64,000 nucleotides of DNA from Kordiimonadaceae bacterium (lineage in GTDB: Bacteria; Pseudomonadota; Alphaproteobacteria; Sphingomonadales; Kordiimonadaceae). The DNA lies in the NCBI GenBank assembly GCA_017640725.1, contig JAEPQB010000003.1:544704-608703 (forward strand), given 5' to 3'. The notes under the pieces were generated by a model that saw nothing but the letters and a program-made list of their open reading frames with translations, searched no databases and was not told where the DNA came from. The translations under genes were made by a program, and so were the position numbers. Of the stretch, positions 20,861-29,981 are shown in pieces; position 1 is the stretch's first letter, and every line of letters begins with the position of its first letter.

Positions 20861-21628
20861 TCAGCTTTTACCGCTTTCGACGCGCAATTCCTTCAAAGTG
20901 GCCTTGGTCACACCGTAACCGGCCGCTTTTTGGATCGTTAAGTCCACCCCGCCCTCTTTCATTTTCAACCGCGGTAGCACGCGAACAACGGGCTGTTGAC
21001 GCGTTGCTTGCATCGCTGCTGCTACTGTCGAAGAACGGGCCAGTTTCATTAGATTGAGGCGGGTTGGAAACATCAATGGCACTTTGTCTGTTTCCCAGTC
21101 GCGTAGAATTTCACGCGGTTTTAGCCACTTGGCTGAAACGGCCTCCTCTCCATCGAAATCTTCAAGGTGGCCATCGTCCGGAACCAGATAAAAATAAGTA
21201 TCAAATCGTCGTGGCATCGTCTCAGGTGTAACCCAATGTGCGAACGGCTGCATTTTGTCCAAATGCAGTCTCACACCGTGCGTTTTCAGAAGTTTTTGAA
21301 AGGGAATTCCCTTGGGTGCGGTGCCTTTCTTTTTTGTATCGCCCAGAAGAATGTGGGTTTCTTCATATAGCTCTCGCAATGAAGCCAGCCGAAACGCTTG
21401 GTCTTTTAGCGTTTTGCGCGGATTATCGAGATAGCGCTGCCAGCGCCAAACATCGAAATCACTCTCGTCCACTTTACCACCAGGAAAAACGAGCGCACCG
21501 GGAGCGAAGCGCATTGTCTTGGCTCGTTCGATCATCAAAACTTCAAGGCCCCCACGCCCATCTCGGATCAAAAGAACACTGGAGGCCGGTAATGCGGGTG
21601 CAATTTTCTTAGGGGCTTCTTTTGACAC
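20861..21628 (-). CDS. NUDIX hydrolase (Nudt19-like, possibly acyl-CoA diphosphatase)
   Basis: VFPGGKVD...LRELYEETHI Nudix box and HWVTPE...RRFDTYFY. GTG start at 21628 lies 1 nt after the dnaE stop, with GAGG upstream. Confidence 0.85.
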   Translation of the reverse strand: MSKEAPKKIAPALPASSVLLIRDGRGGLEVLMIERAKTMRFAPGALVFPGGKVDESDFDVWRWQRYLDNPRKTLKDQAFRLASLRELYEETHILLGDTKKKGTAPKGIPFQKLLKTHGVRLHLDKMQPFAHWVTPETMPRRFDTYFYLVPDDGHLEDFDGEEAVSAKWLKPREILRDWETDKVPLMFPTRLNLMKLARSSTVAAAMQATRQQPVVRVLPRLKMKEGGVDLTIQKAAGYGVTKATLKELRVESGKS

Positions 21629-21629
21629 G

Positions 21630-24600
21630 CTAGACCTCTTCCACAACCGCGACACCGATTTCTGCGGCTATTGCTTGGCAAAGTTCCGGCGAGATTTTAT
21701 AGCTGCCGGGCAATCGGAATTCGGCAAATCGAGCGTCTTCGTGGACAGGCACTTTAATGGTCACTTTGCCCCTACCCCCGGACTTCCGATCCAGCACGGC
21801 TTTGATGGAAGCAAATGCCGAAGCATCTTCTACCTCTACAAACAGGCCTTTTGACGATTGTGACGCCACAGCCTCAAGTGATTCGAGTGACCGACAGGAT
21901 AGGCCTACACTGTCATCGTCATCACGCTTACGAATTTGCACTGAAACAACCAACGGTGCTCCATCGTCAACGAGGCGGCGCACATGGTCGATGTCGTCCC
22001 CGAAGTACATCATCTCAAATGCATCTGTTTGATCAGATAGCGTAATGCGTCCAAACTTATTGCCACGCTTGCTGGTTCCTTCCCGGTATCCCGCTATTGC
22101 ACCTGCCATACGTACGGTTTGACCAATCAAGCCTGGGTCCGTCATTACCTCCTTGGCAGGGATAATGCGTTCTCTCTCAAGCAGTGTTGCATAGGTATCC
22201 AGCGGGTGTGCGGAAAGATAGAAGCCGATCGCTTTCTTTTCATGCTCGAGCTGTTCTGTGGCAGTCCAGCCTTTGACAATCGGCAATGCAGGTCTGTCAG
22301 CAGCGGCTGCCGCATCACCAGCGAATAGGCTCACCTGGTTGCTTTCGCGTTCCTGGGCCTGCATTTGTGCCATGCGTTGGATGATTTCAGCCGCTGCGAA
22401 GGCTTGGGCGCGGTCTGGCAATAGGCCATCAAATGCGCCTGCGGATGCCAGGCGTTCTATTTGGCGTTTGTTGACGAGTTTTGGGTCGATACGTTCCGCA
22501 AAATCAAAAACATCCTTGAAGGGCCCCGATTTGGTGCGCTCGTCAATGATGGCTTCCATGGCTTTCTCACCAACGCCCTTGATGGCACCAAGTGCATAGC
22601 GCACAGCGAAATTGGCCCGTGGTTCGTCTTCTTCACAGTACGGCTCTGTAGCTTTTTCAACGACAAAAGCCACATGCGACTTGTTGATGTTTGGCAAAAG
22701 AAGTGGAATCTCAGCGCGCTGAAGTTCTTGTTTGAAGGCCGCCAGCTTGTCTGTGTTACCCATATCCAAGGTCATTATCGCTGCCATAAATTCAACGGGG
22801 TAATTGGCTTTCATATAGGCAGTCTGGTACGCCACCAGCGCATAGGCTGCCGCATGCGACTTGTTAAAACCGTAGGATGCGAATTTAGTAACCAAGTCGA
22901 AGATGTAACTGGCCTTTTCCGCGTCTATTCCGCGGTCAACAGCACCGTCGCAGAAGCGGCCCCGCTGCTTATCCATTTCTTCCTGGATCTTTTTACCCAT
23001 AGCGCGGCGCAGAATGTCTGCTTCACCAAGGCTATACCCGCTCATTACTTGGGCGATCTGCATAACCTGTTCTTGGTAAATGATTACGCCGTAGGTTTCA
23101 GACAGAATGTCTTCAAGGATCGGGTGGGGATATTCGACAACATCGCGCCCGTGCTTGCGGTCTACGTAGGTGGGAATATTGTCCATTGGACCGGGGCGAT
23201 ACAGAGCCACAATCGCAATAATATCCTCAAATTTATCGGGCTTGAGGCCTTTTAGAACTGAGCGCATGCCCGTGCTCTCAAGCTGGAAAACGCCAGCACT
23301 GTCACCAAGCGCCAGCATTTCATAGCTCGGTTTGTCATCAAGGGGCAGATTATTGATATCAATATCCAAACCCCTTTCGCGGGCGTAGGCTACTGCACGG
23401 TCAAGAACAGTTAGGGTTTTTAGACCGAGAAAATCGAATTTTACCAAACCGGCCTGTTCAACCCATTTCATGTTGAACTGCGTTACTGGCATGTCAGATT
23501 TTGGGTCGCGGTATAGCGGCACCAGCTCATCGAGTGGCCTATCGCCAATAACAACGCCCGCTGCGTGGGTTGATGAGTGCGCATAAAAGCCTTCCAGCTT
23601 CAATGCCCTGTCCATAACGCTGCGTGTTAGCTCGTCATTGTCGATTTCGGCCCGCAGCCTCGGTTCGCTCTCGATCGCCTCTCCAAGCGACATGGCGTTA
23701 CCAGGATCATTCGGGATCATTTTGGACAGGCGGTCTGTGACGCCGTGGGGTTGTTGCAAAACGCGTCCACAGGCTTTTACAACGGCCCTCGCCTGGAGTT
23801 TACCGAAAGTGATGATCTGCGCAACACGGTCATAGCCGTATTTATCCTGCACGTATTTGATGACTTGTTCGCGCTTGTCTTGACAGAAATCGATATCAAA
23901 ATCCGGCATGGATACGCGTTCAGGGTTCAAAAAGCGTTCGAAAAGAAGTGAGAATTTGAGCGGATCCAAATCTGTGATTTTCAGAGCCCAGGCGACCACA
24001 GAACCAGCGCCGGAGCCCCTGCCTGGCCCTACAGGCACATCGTGGTCTTTTGCCCACTGGATGAAGTCGGCAACGATCAGGAAGTAACCGGGGAAGCCCA
24101 TCTGGTTGATGATTTTAAGTTCAAAATCCAGGCGCTCCCAATATTCCTTCTCCCACTCCTCCTTTTCACCTGCAATGAGGTCTTCCATGCCAGCTTTTGT
24201 GTCCAGTCGCGCCCGTAGTCCTTTTATGGATTCGTCACGCAGCATGTCCGCTTCAGACACATCAAGACCACTGGTGAAATTTGGGAGCAGAGGCGCAATT
24301 TCCTCGACTTTAAAATGACAGCGCTGTGCAATGTTTACTGTGTTTTCAATGGCTTCCGGAAGGTCAGCGAACAGCGCATTCATTTCCTCCGCCGTTTTAA
24401 ACCGATATTCTGCGTTGAGTTTGCGCCTATCTGTGGCGGCAACATATGTACTATCAGCCATGCACAATAGCGCATCATGAGGCTCATACATGTCTGGGCC
24501 CACGAAATAAGGCTGGTTAGTGGCCACAATCGGCAGGTCATGCTCGTAGGCCAAGTCTAGCATGGCCTCTTCAACCTGCGCTTCTTCAGATTCTCCGTGC

Positions 24601-25148
24601 CGCGTAAGTTCAACATACAACCGGTCCACAAAGAAATGCCTGAGCAGCACCAGGCACGCTTGCGCCTCTTCCCGCTTGTCAGCCAACAGCAATTGTCCAA
24701 CCGGCCCACTCACGCCGCCGGTAAGGCAGATTACATCGTCAGTCAGGCCCTCAAGCGATTTTACGTCAAACTGAACACCGGATTGCGGGTCGCTCGTCAG
24801 GTGTGCCTGAGAGACAATGCGCATTAGATTGCCATAGCCTTTTCGGCTTTGAGCCAACAGGATCAGCTTGCTGGGCCGCGTGTCATTTTTGCCATTTTTC
24901 AGCTGTGGCGATTTTTCCGCCGTTTTGTAGCAGCAATCGAGTGTGACGCCAGCAATGGGCTGGATGCCGGCGTCTGATGCATATTTCGAGAATTCAAGCG
25001 CCCCAAACATATTGTTTGTGTCTGTCACGGCAACAGCGGGCATCTTGTGTCCCACGCATTGCTTCACAAGATCTTTCACGTGAATGGCACCTTCTGACAG
25101 TGAATAGGCCGTGTGAAGCCTGAGGTGCACAAACTCAGCGTGGGACAT
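21630..25148 (-). CDS. dnaE: DNA polymerase III alpha subunit
   Basis: PHP domain (FVHLRLHTAYSL), GPGRGSGAGS, PDFDIDF, KFDFLGLKTL and YGFNKSHA. Confidence 0.98.
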   Translation of the reverse strand: MSHAEFVHLRLHTAYSLSEGAIHVKDLVKQCVGHKMPAVAVTDTNNMFGALEFSKYASDAGIQPIAGVTLDCCYKTAEKSPQLKNGKNDTRPSKLILLAQSRKGYGNLMRIVSQAHLTSDPQSGVQFDVKSLEGLTDDVICLTGGVSGPVGQLLLADKREEAQACLVLLRHFFVDRLYVELTRHGESEEAQVEEAMLDLAYEHDLPIVATNQPYFVGPDMYEPHDALLCMADSTYVAATDRRKLNAEYRFKTAEEMNALFADLPEAIENTVNIAQRCHFKVEEIAPLLPNFTSGLDVSEADMLRDESIKGLRARLDTKAGMEDLIAGEKEEWEKEYWERLDFELKIINQMGFPGYFLIVADFIQWAKDHDVPVGPGRGSGAGSVVAWALKITDLDPLKFSLLFERFLNPERVSMPDFDIDFCQDKREQVIKYVQDKYGYDRVAQIITFGKLQARAVVKACGRVLQQPHGVTDRLSKMIPNDPGNAMSLGEAIESEPRLRAEIDNDELTRSVMDRALKLEGFYAHSSTHAAGVVIGDRPLDELVPLYRDPKSDMPVTQFNMKWVEQAGLVKFDFLGLKTLTVLDRAVAYARERGLDIDINNLPLDDKPSYEMLALGDSAGVFQLESTGMRSVLKGLKPDKFEDIIAIVALYRPGPMDNIPTYVDRKHGRDVVEYPHPILEDILSETYGVIIYQEQVMQIAQVMSGYSLGEADILRRAMGKKIQEEMDKQRGRFCDGAVDRGIDAEKASYIFDLVTKFASYGFNKSHAAAYALVAYQTAYMKANYPVEFMAAIMTLDMGNTDKLAAFKQELQRAEIPLLLPNINKSHVAFVVEKATEPYCEEDEPRANFAVRYALGAIKGVGEKAMEAIIDERTKSGPFKDVFDFAERIDPKLVNKRQIERLASAGAFDGLLPDRAQAFAAAEIIQRMAQMQAQERESNQVSLFAGDAAAAADRPALPIVKGWTATEQLEHEKKAIGFYLSAHPLDTYATLLERERIIPAKEVMTDPGLIGQTVRMAGAIAGYREGTSKRGNKFGRITLSDQTDAFEMMYFGDDIDHVRRLVDDGAPLVVSVQIRKRDDDDSVGLSCRSLESLEAVASQSSKGLFVEVEDASAFASIKAVLDRKSGGRGKVTIKVPVHEDARFAEFRLPGSYKISPELCQAIAAEIGVAVVEEV

Positions 25149-25168
25149 AAATGGTTACTCCAAACAGA

Positions 25169-25588
25169 TTATCGCCACACCGCGAGCATGGCGCCGATCA
25201 ATATCATTGAGACAGTAATGTTACCCATATGTATCAGGTAGTGTTTGATGGTCTTGGATTCGAATGCGTAATTTGGGAAAACCGCGCCGCCAACAACCAA
25301 GACGGCTGTCAAGCCGCCCACAACAGCACCCCCTGCCCAATCACCTGCCGGCATGCCAGACCAGATGATGATTAAAGACATGCCGATACCGAGCACAAGG
25401 CTTGCAATGAAACTCTTGATCATTGCAGGTGCTGGCGATCCACTCGCTTTAATCTCTTCCTCTGTGATGCCAAATTCTTGCATCCACGCCTTGCCAAACA
25501 GAGGCCCATACCAGAGCCCGCCTACAAACATGGTAATGATTCCGGCGACGGGTATCGCCAACCAGTTGATTTCAGAAATTGAATTCAT
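25169..25588 (-). CDS. DUF1761-like membrane protein
   Basis: INWLAI...GGLWYGPLFGKAWM signature, 4 predicted TM helices, GGGGAGG SD. Confidence 0.75.
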   Translation of the reverse strand: MNSISEINWLAIPVAGIITMFVGGLWYGPLFGKAWMQEFGITEEEIKASGSPAPAMIKSFIASLVLGIGMSLIIIWSGMPAGDWAGGAVVGGLTAVLVVGGAVFPNYAFESKTIKHYLIHMGNITVSMILIGAMLAVWR

Positions 25589-25652
25589 AATACCTCCCCT
25601 TCATTCCCAAATTCAGACTAGTATGGGAGGGGCATGGGCTCAAGCTTGATGG

Positions 25653-26330
25653 TCATATCAAGCTCAACAGACCATCTTTTAATTGATACTGTCGATCTGT
25701 TTGAGCCGCGAGGCTCTTGTCATGCGTTGCAATAATGGCGGCAACGCCTTTTTCACGCACAGTTTTGACGAACAAATCGAAAACTCGGCCAGCTGTCTGT
25801 TCATCCAGATTGCCCGTGGGTTCGTCGGCCAATACAAGCTTAGGCGGTCCTGCAAGAGCACGCGCGATTGCAACCCGCTGTTGCTCGCCGCCTGACAGCG
25901 CTGAAGGCATGTGATCAAGTCTGTCTGCCAATCCAAGCTGCACCAAAAGCTCTTTGGTCTCCGCCGTAGCCTTTGAGGACGATTTGCCTTCTATCCTGTG
26001 TGCCAGCGAAACATTTTCGAGAGTAGAGAAATCCGGCAAAAGATGATGGAACTGATAGATGAAGCCCAGTTTTTCTCGGCGCACTCTGGTTCGTTCATCA
26101 TCAGAAGCGCCAAAGGTTGCCTGACCATCAATCTCTATCTCACCAGCATCTTGGCGATCCAGAAGTCCAATTGCCTGCAATAAGGTGGATTTTCCGGAGC
26201 CTGAAACACCCACAAGGCCAATCAATTCGCCGGGCTGCACATCAAGATCAATGCCGCGCAATATCTCGAGCGTCTTGTGGCCTTGAGTGAACGATCGTTT
26301 CAATCCAGCGACAGAAAGTACGCTACTCAT
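25653..26330 (-). CDS. lolD: Lipoprotein-releasing ABC transporter ATPase
   Basis: GVSGSGKST, LSGGEQQRVAIARA, ADEPTGNLD, ATHD. Adjacent to lolC/E. Confidence 0.92.
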   Translation of the reverse strand: MSSVLSVAGLKRSFTQGHKTLEILRGIDLDVQPGELIGLVGVSGSGKSTLLQAIGLLDRQDAGEIEIDGQATFGASDDERTRVRREKLGFIYQFHHLLPDFSTLENVSLAHRIEGKSSSKATAETKELLVQLGLADRLDHMPSALSGGEQQRVAIARALAGPPKLVLADEPTGNLDEQTAGRVFDLFVKTVREKGVAAIIATHDKSLAAQTDRQYQLKDGLLSLI

Positions 26331-27570
26331 AGCGAAGCACCTCTACAGGGTCCAATTTAGCTGCCTTCCGTGCGGGCAAAATGGTCGCAAGGAATGTCAG
26401 CGCCATGGTTAGCAAAACCGTTAACAGGGTCTCGTTCCAGTCCACAATCGCGTTCATTTCAGTCAGAAAGCGCACAGACGGATCCCAAACGTTGATGCCC
26501 AGTAGAAACTCAACCGCTGTTTTAAGTTCATCAAGGAAATAGATGGCCATTGCTGCCAGCATGGACCCAATTGCAATGCCAAGCGCACCAATGAACAATC
26601 CAACATAGATGTAGATGCGGCGGATAGAGCCGTTAGTGGCGCCCATGGTACGTAAGACAGCAATGTCTGCGCGGCGGTCCTTGACGAGCATGAATAGACT
26701 GGACCCAACATTGAATACCGCCACCAAAACGATGAGGGATAGCACGATGAACATCATCACCCGCTCTGACTGCAGAATACCGAATAGAGCAGAGTTAAAG
26801 CTCTTCCAACTGCGAACAAAGCCGCGTGCCCCGGCAATGTCTTGCATCTGTGGCGCTACAAGGTCGATTTTCTCGGGATCATCCAAAAAGAACTCGATGT
26901 TGGAAACCGTGTCTCCCAATCGGAAAAAGCGCTGTGCTTCTGCCAAGGGCATGCCGACAAAACTCTCGTCAAACTGAAAAACACCAATTTCAACAATTGC
27001 CACGACGGGAAACGCCAAGTAGCGCAGTGTTGAACCAAAGGGCGTTGAAACCGTGCGCGGACTAATGATGGTGACCTGATCGCCGACTGCTATGCCCAGA
27101 TTGCGTGCGAGTTCCACTCCCAGAACAACGCCGCCCATTTCAGGTGCAACTTCAAGTACGCCAGCTTCTACATTGTTAATATTGAGTTTTTTCTCATCAA
27201 AAAACTCATCAGGAAGCCCGCGTACCAGGCCACCCCAGGCTCTACCGCGGTTGGTTAGCATCACCTGGGCTTCGGTAAAAGGCATAGCGGAAACAACACC
27301 AGATACTTCAGAAAGCTCATCGGTAAGCATCTGATAGTCTTGAATTTCGCCATTGAAGCCCTGGACCAGAACGTGCCCATGGTAACCAAGGATCTTGTCA
27401 AGCAAGTTCACCCGGTAGCCATTCATAATTGCCATAACAAAAATCAGGACAAATACGCCAATAGCCACGGCAACTGTCGGCAGCACTGCGTTTAATGATA
27501 TAGGGCCTTTTGCACCCGGTTTGCGCAAGTACCGCCGTGCTACGGCTGCTTCAAAACCTTTTGTCAGCAA
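26323..27570 (-). CDS. lolE: Lipoprotein-releasing ABC transporter permease LolC/E
   Basis: MAIMNG...ILG..GH, DIAVLRTMGA and KLDPVEVLRYE. TTG start with AAGGA SD. Confidence 0.9.
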   Translation of the reverse strand: MLTKGFEAAVARRYLRKPGAKGPISLNAVLPTVAVAIGVFVLIFVMAIMNGYRVNLLDKILGYHGHVLVQGFNGEIQDYQMLTDELSEVSGVVSAMPFTEAQVMLTNRGRAWGGLVRGLPDEFFDEKKLNINNVEAGVLEVAPEMGGVVLGVELARNLGIAVGDQVTIISPRTVSTPFGSTLRYLAFPVVAIVEIGVFQFDESFVGMPLAEAQRFFRLGDTVSNIEFFLDDPEKIDLVAPQMQDIAGARGFVRSWKSFNSALFGILQSERVMMFIVLSLIVLVAVFNVGSSLFMLVKDRRADIAVLRTMGATNGSIRRIYIYVGLFIGALGIAIGSMLAAMAIYFLDELKTAVEFLLGINVWDPSVRFLTEMNAIVDWNETLLTVLLTMALTFLATILPARKAAKLDPVEVLRYE

Positions 27571-27602
27571 GTTTATTCCTTCGCCGTATTGCTTGAACTA
27601 TA

Positions 27603-28913
27603 TCAGGTCAGCTTAGCGACCACTTCACCAATGGCAACTTCCTCGCGCTCTCCCGTTGCGCGATTTTTCAATTCAACTACGCCATTTTTGAGGCCACGAC
27701 TGCCCAGCGCAACTTGCCAAGGCAAACCGATCAGGTCCATGTTCGCGAATTTTTGCCCCGCCCCTACATTGCGATCATCGTAAAGCACGTCAACACCGGC
27801 TGCTCCAAGCTTTGCATAAAGCTTTTCACAAGCCGCAGTGCACCCTTCATCTTTCGTCGTCAGGTTCATTAAACCGACTTTGAAGGGGGCAACTGCTTCC
27901 GGCCAGATTATGCCGTTTTCATCATGGCTGGCTTCGATGATGGCGCCCATTAGTCTGGAAACACCGATACCGTAGCTGCCCATTTGCACAGGAACTGATT
28001 GACCATCACTTGTTTGCACTTCTGCCTTCATTGGTTTGGAGTATTTGTCGCCAAAGAAGAAAATGTGCCCCACTTCTATGCCTCTCCCCTGCACCAGCTT
28101 GGTAGCCTTCGCTTCTGTGCTGTCCGGATCATGCATTTCATCCGTGGCAGCATAAAGGCTGGTCCATTGATCGACGACGGGCTGTAAGTCAGAACCAACG
28201 GCTGCTTCCACTGCCATAGGGTCAAATTCATCGAACCCAGCATCAAAAAACACTTCGCTTTCACCGGTTTCTGCCAGAACGATGAATTCATGGCTTAGAT
28301 CACCACCGATGGGCCCTGTGTCTGCGCGCATCGGAATTGCACGCAGCCCCATCCGGGCAAAAGTGCGCAGGTATGCGACAAACATGGCGTTGTATGACTT
28401 CACAGCGCTTTCTGCATCCAGATCAAAACTGTATGCGTCTTTCATCAGGAATTCACGGCCCCGCATAACACCGAACCGAGGTCTGATCTCATCCCTGAAT
28501 TTCCACTGAATGTGGTACAGATTTTTTGGTAGATCTTTGTAGGATTTGATTTCCCGACGAAAAATATCAGTGATCAACTCTTCATTGGTGGGGCCAAAGA
28601 GCATTTGACGCTCATGGCGGTCTTCGATGCGAAGCATCTCTTTGCCATAGTCATCATATCGGCCACTTTCCACCCATAAATCAGCACTTTGGATCGTCGG
28701 CATTAAAAGCTCAATCGCACCTGCACTGTCCTGTTCTTCGCGGACAATGGCTTCGATTTTTTTCAAAACTTTGAGACCAAGCGGCAACCAACTATAAATT
28801 CCGGCCGCGCCTTGACGGATCATGCCAGCGCGAAGCATCAGACGATGCGAAGCGATCTGTGCCTCGGCAGGAGTTTCTTTTAATGTGGGTAAAAAATATC
28901 GAGATAAACGCAT
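27603..28913 (-). CDS. proS: Proline--tRNA ligase (short alphaproteobacterial form without INS editing domain)
   Basis: [20 protein letters not shown]...[11 protein letters not shown] and GIEVGHIF. 436 aa. Confidence 0.97.
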   Translation of the reverse strand: MRLSRYFLPTLKETPAEAQIASHRLMLRAGMIRQGAAGIYSWLPLGLKVLKKIEAIVREEQDSAGAIELLMPTIQSADLWVESGRYDDYGKEMLRIEDRHERQMLFGPTNEELITDIFRREIKSYKDLPKNLYHIQWKFRDEIRPRFGVMRGREFLMKDAYSFDLDAESAVKSYNAMFVAYLRTFARMGLRAIPMRADTGPIGGDLSHEFIVLAETGESEVFFDAGFDEFDPMAVEAAVGSDLQPVVDQWTSLYAATDEMHDPDSTEAKATKLVQGRGIEVGHIFFFGDKYSKPMKAEVQTSDGQSVPVQMGSYGIGVSRLMGAIIEASHDENGIIWPEAVAPFKVGLMNLTTKDEGCTAACEKLYAKLGAAGVDVLYDDRNVGAGQKFANMDLIGLPWQVALGSRGLKNGVVELKNRATGEREEVAIGEVVAKLT

Positions 28914-29007
28914 AATGCACCTGGCAATGTCCGGCTTTTGCGCCGATTTGAACTTGGCCTTGTTGTGAAGCCATTAGTCACCATTGGCAACTTTATTTTT
29001 CAAAAAC

Positions 29008-29022
29008 TTAAGGCTCGATTAA
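29008..29022. promoter_or_regulatory. CtrA-type binding motif
   Basis: TTAA-GGCTCGA-TTAA, an exact TTAA-N7-TTAA match in a 384-bp intergenic region. Confidence 0.55.
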
Positions 29023-29256
29023 GCGGTCTACTTGGGCTTGGTCAGGAATTTAATTTGTTGCATCAGAGACACAACGATCAAAAGAAGACAGTCACACTAT
29101 ATCTTGGTGAACTAATTCCGGATGACAATTGCGAACGACTTTCATAGGTTCACACGCACATCGCGCCTTTGTGGAAGTGGTCCACGCTCAGGGAGGCCGT
29201 TTCGCATTTGGTAGGTCGCGCAAAAGCGCAATAAAGAGACCACCGTTTGTAGATTT

Positions 29257-29285
29257 AAAAAGCAGGGTTCGACCCTGCTTTTTTT
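29257..29285. terminator. Bidirectional intrinsic terminator
   Basis: AAAAAGCAGGGT-TCG-ACCCTGCTTTTTTT. Confidence 0.85.
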
Positions 29286-29297
29286 ATGAACCAGACA

Positions 29298-29552
29298 CTA
29301 GCCATTTCTGAAATCGACCAGACCCGAGGTTGCAACAAAATAATAGCCCACAGTTAGAACCGCTGCGATTATCGTCGTGTAAAGCATTTTCTTTTTGAGG
29401 TTTGGATTTGCGGGCGCCCCGGGGTCATGCCCTTTTTCCAGCTCGTCTCCTGCTTCATCCTGGGATTGAACGCCTAAAGGCAAAACGGCGAAAAACACCA
29501 GCCACCAAATAACAACAAAAACCAGCAGGATTGTAACAATACTCATAATCAA
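29298..29552 (-). CDS. DUF1467-like small membrane protein
   Basis: FVVIWWLVFFAVLPLGV...GAPANPNL pattern, conserved position after mce. Start TTG 29552 or ATG 29546. Confidence 0.8.
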   Translation of the reverse strand: MIMSIVTILLVFVVIWWLVFFAVLPLGVQSQDEAGDELEKGHDPGAPANPNLKKKMLYTTIIAAVLTVGYYFVATSGLVDFRNG

Positions 29553-29953
29553 ACCTGTTCAATTTCAACAAGTGTTCCGGCAAAGTCTTTTGGGTGTAAA
29601 AATAAAACTGGATTACCGTGAGCACCCGTTTTTGGTTCCGGACTGCCCAAAATGCGTGCGCCCTCTTCCACGAGCTTGTCGCGCGCTGCGAAAATATCTT
29701 CCACCTCGTAGCAAACATGGTGCATTCCGCCACTTGGATTATTGAGGAGGAATTTCTGAATTGGGGAGCCTTCTCCCAATGGATGTAACAGCTCAATTTT
29801 GGTGTTGGGTAAATTCACAAAGACGGTCGTAACACCATGATCCGGTAAGTCTTGCGGCTCGGAAACTTCTGCACCCAGAGTTTTTTTGTATATAGCCGCG
29901 GCCGCAGCAAGGTCAGGAACTACAATGGCTACGTGGTTTAAATTTCCAATCAC
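29549..29953 (-). CDS. mce: Methylmalonyl-CoA epimerase
   Basis: LNHVAIVVP, IELLHPL, GGMHHVCYEV and GAHGNPVLFLHPKD. Confidence 0.95.
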   Translation of the reverse strand: MIGNLNHVAIVVPDLAAAAAIYKKTLGAEVSEPQDLPDHGVTTVFVNLPNTKIELLHPLGEGSPIQKFLLNNPSGGMHHVCYEVEDIFAARDKLVEEGARILGSPEPKTGAHGNPVLFLHPKDFAGTLVEIEQV

Positions 29954-29981
29954 GTCTTATTCTCCCGATTACTCTTCAACT

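Noticed and set aside
22461-23255. 264-aa plus-strand ORF, and similar ones at 18850-19482, 35641-36213, 54232-54846 and 63087-63578
   Set aside because: All lie opposite well-supported housekeeping genes and have non-protein-like composition.
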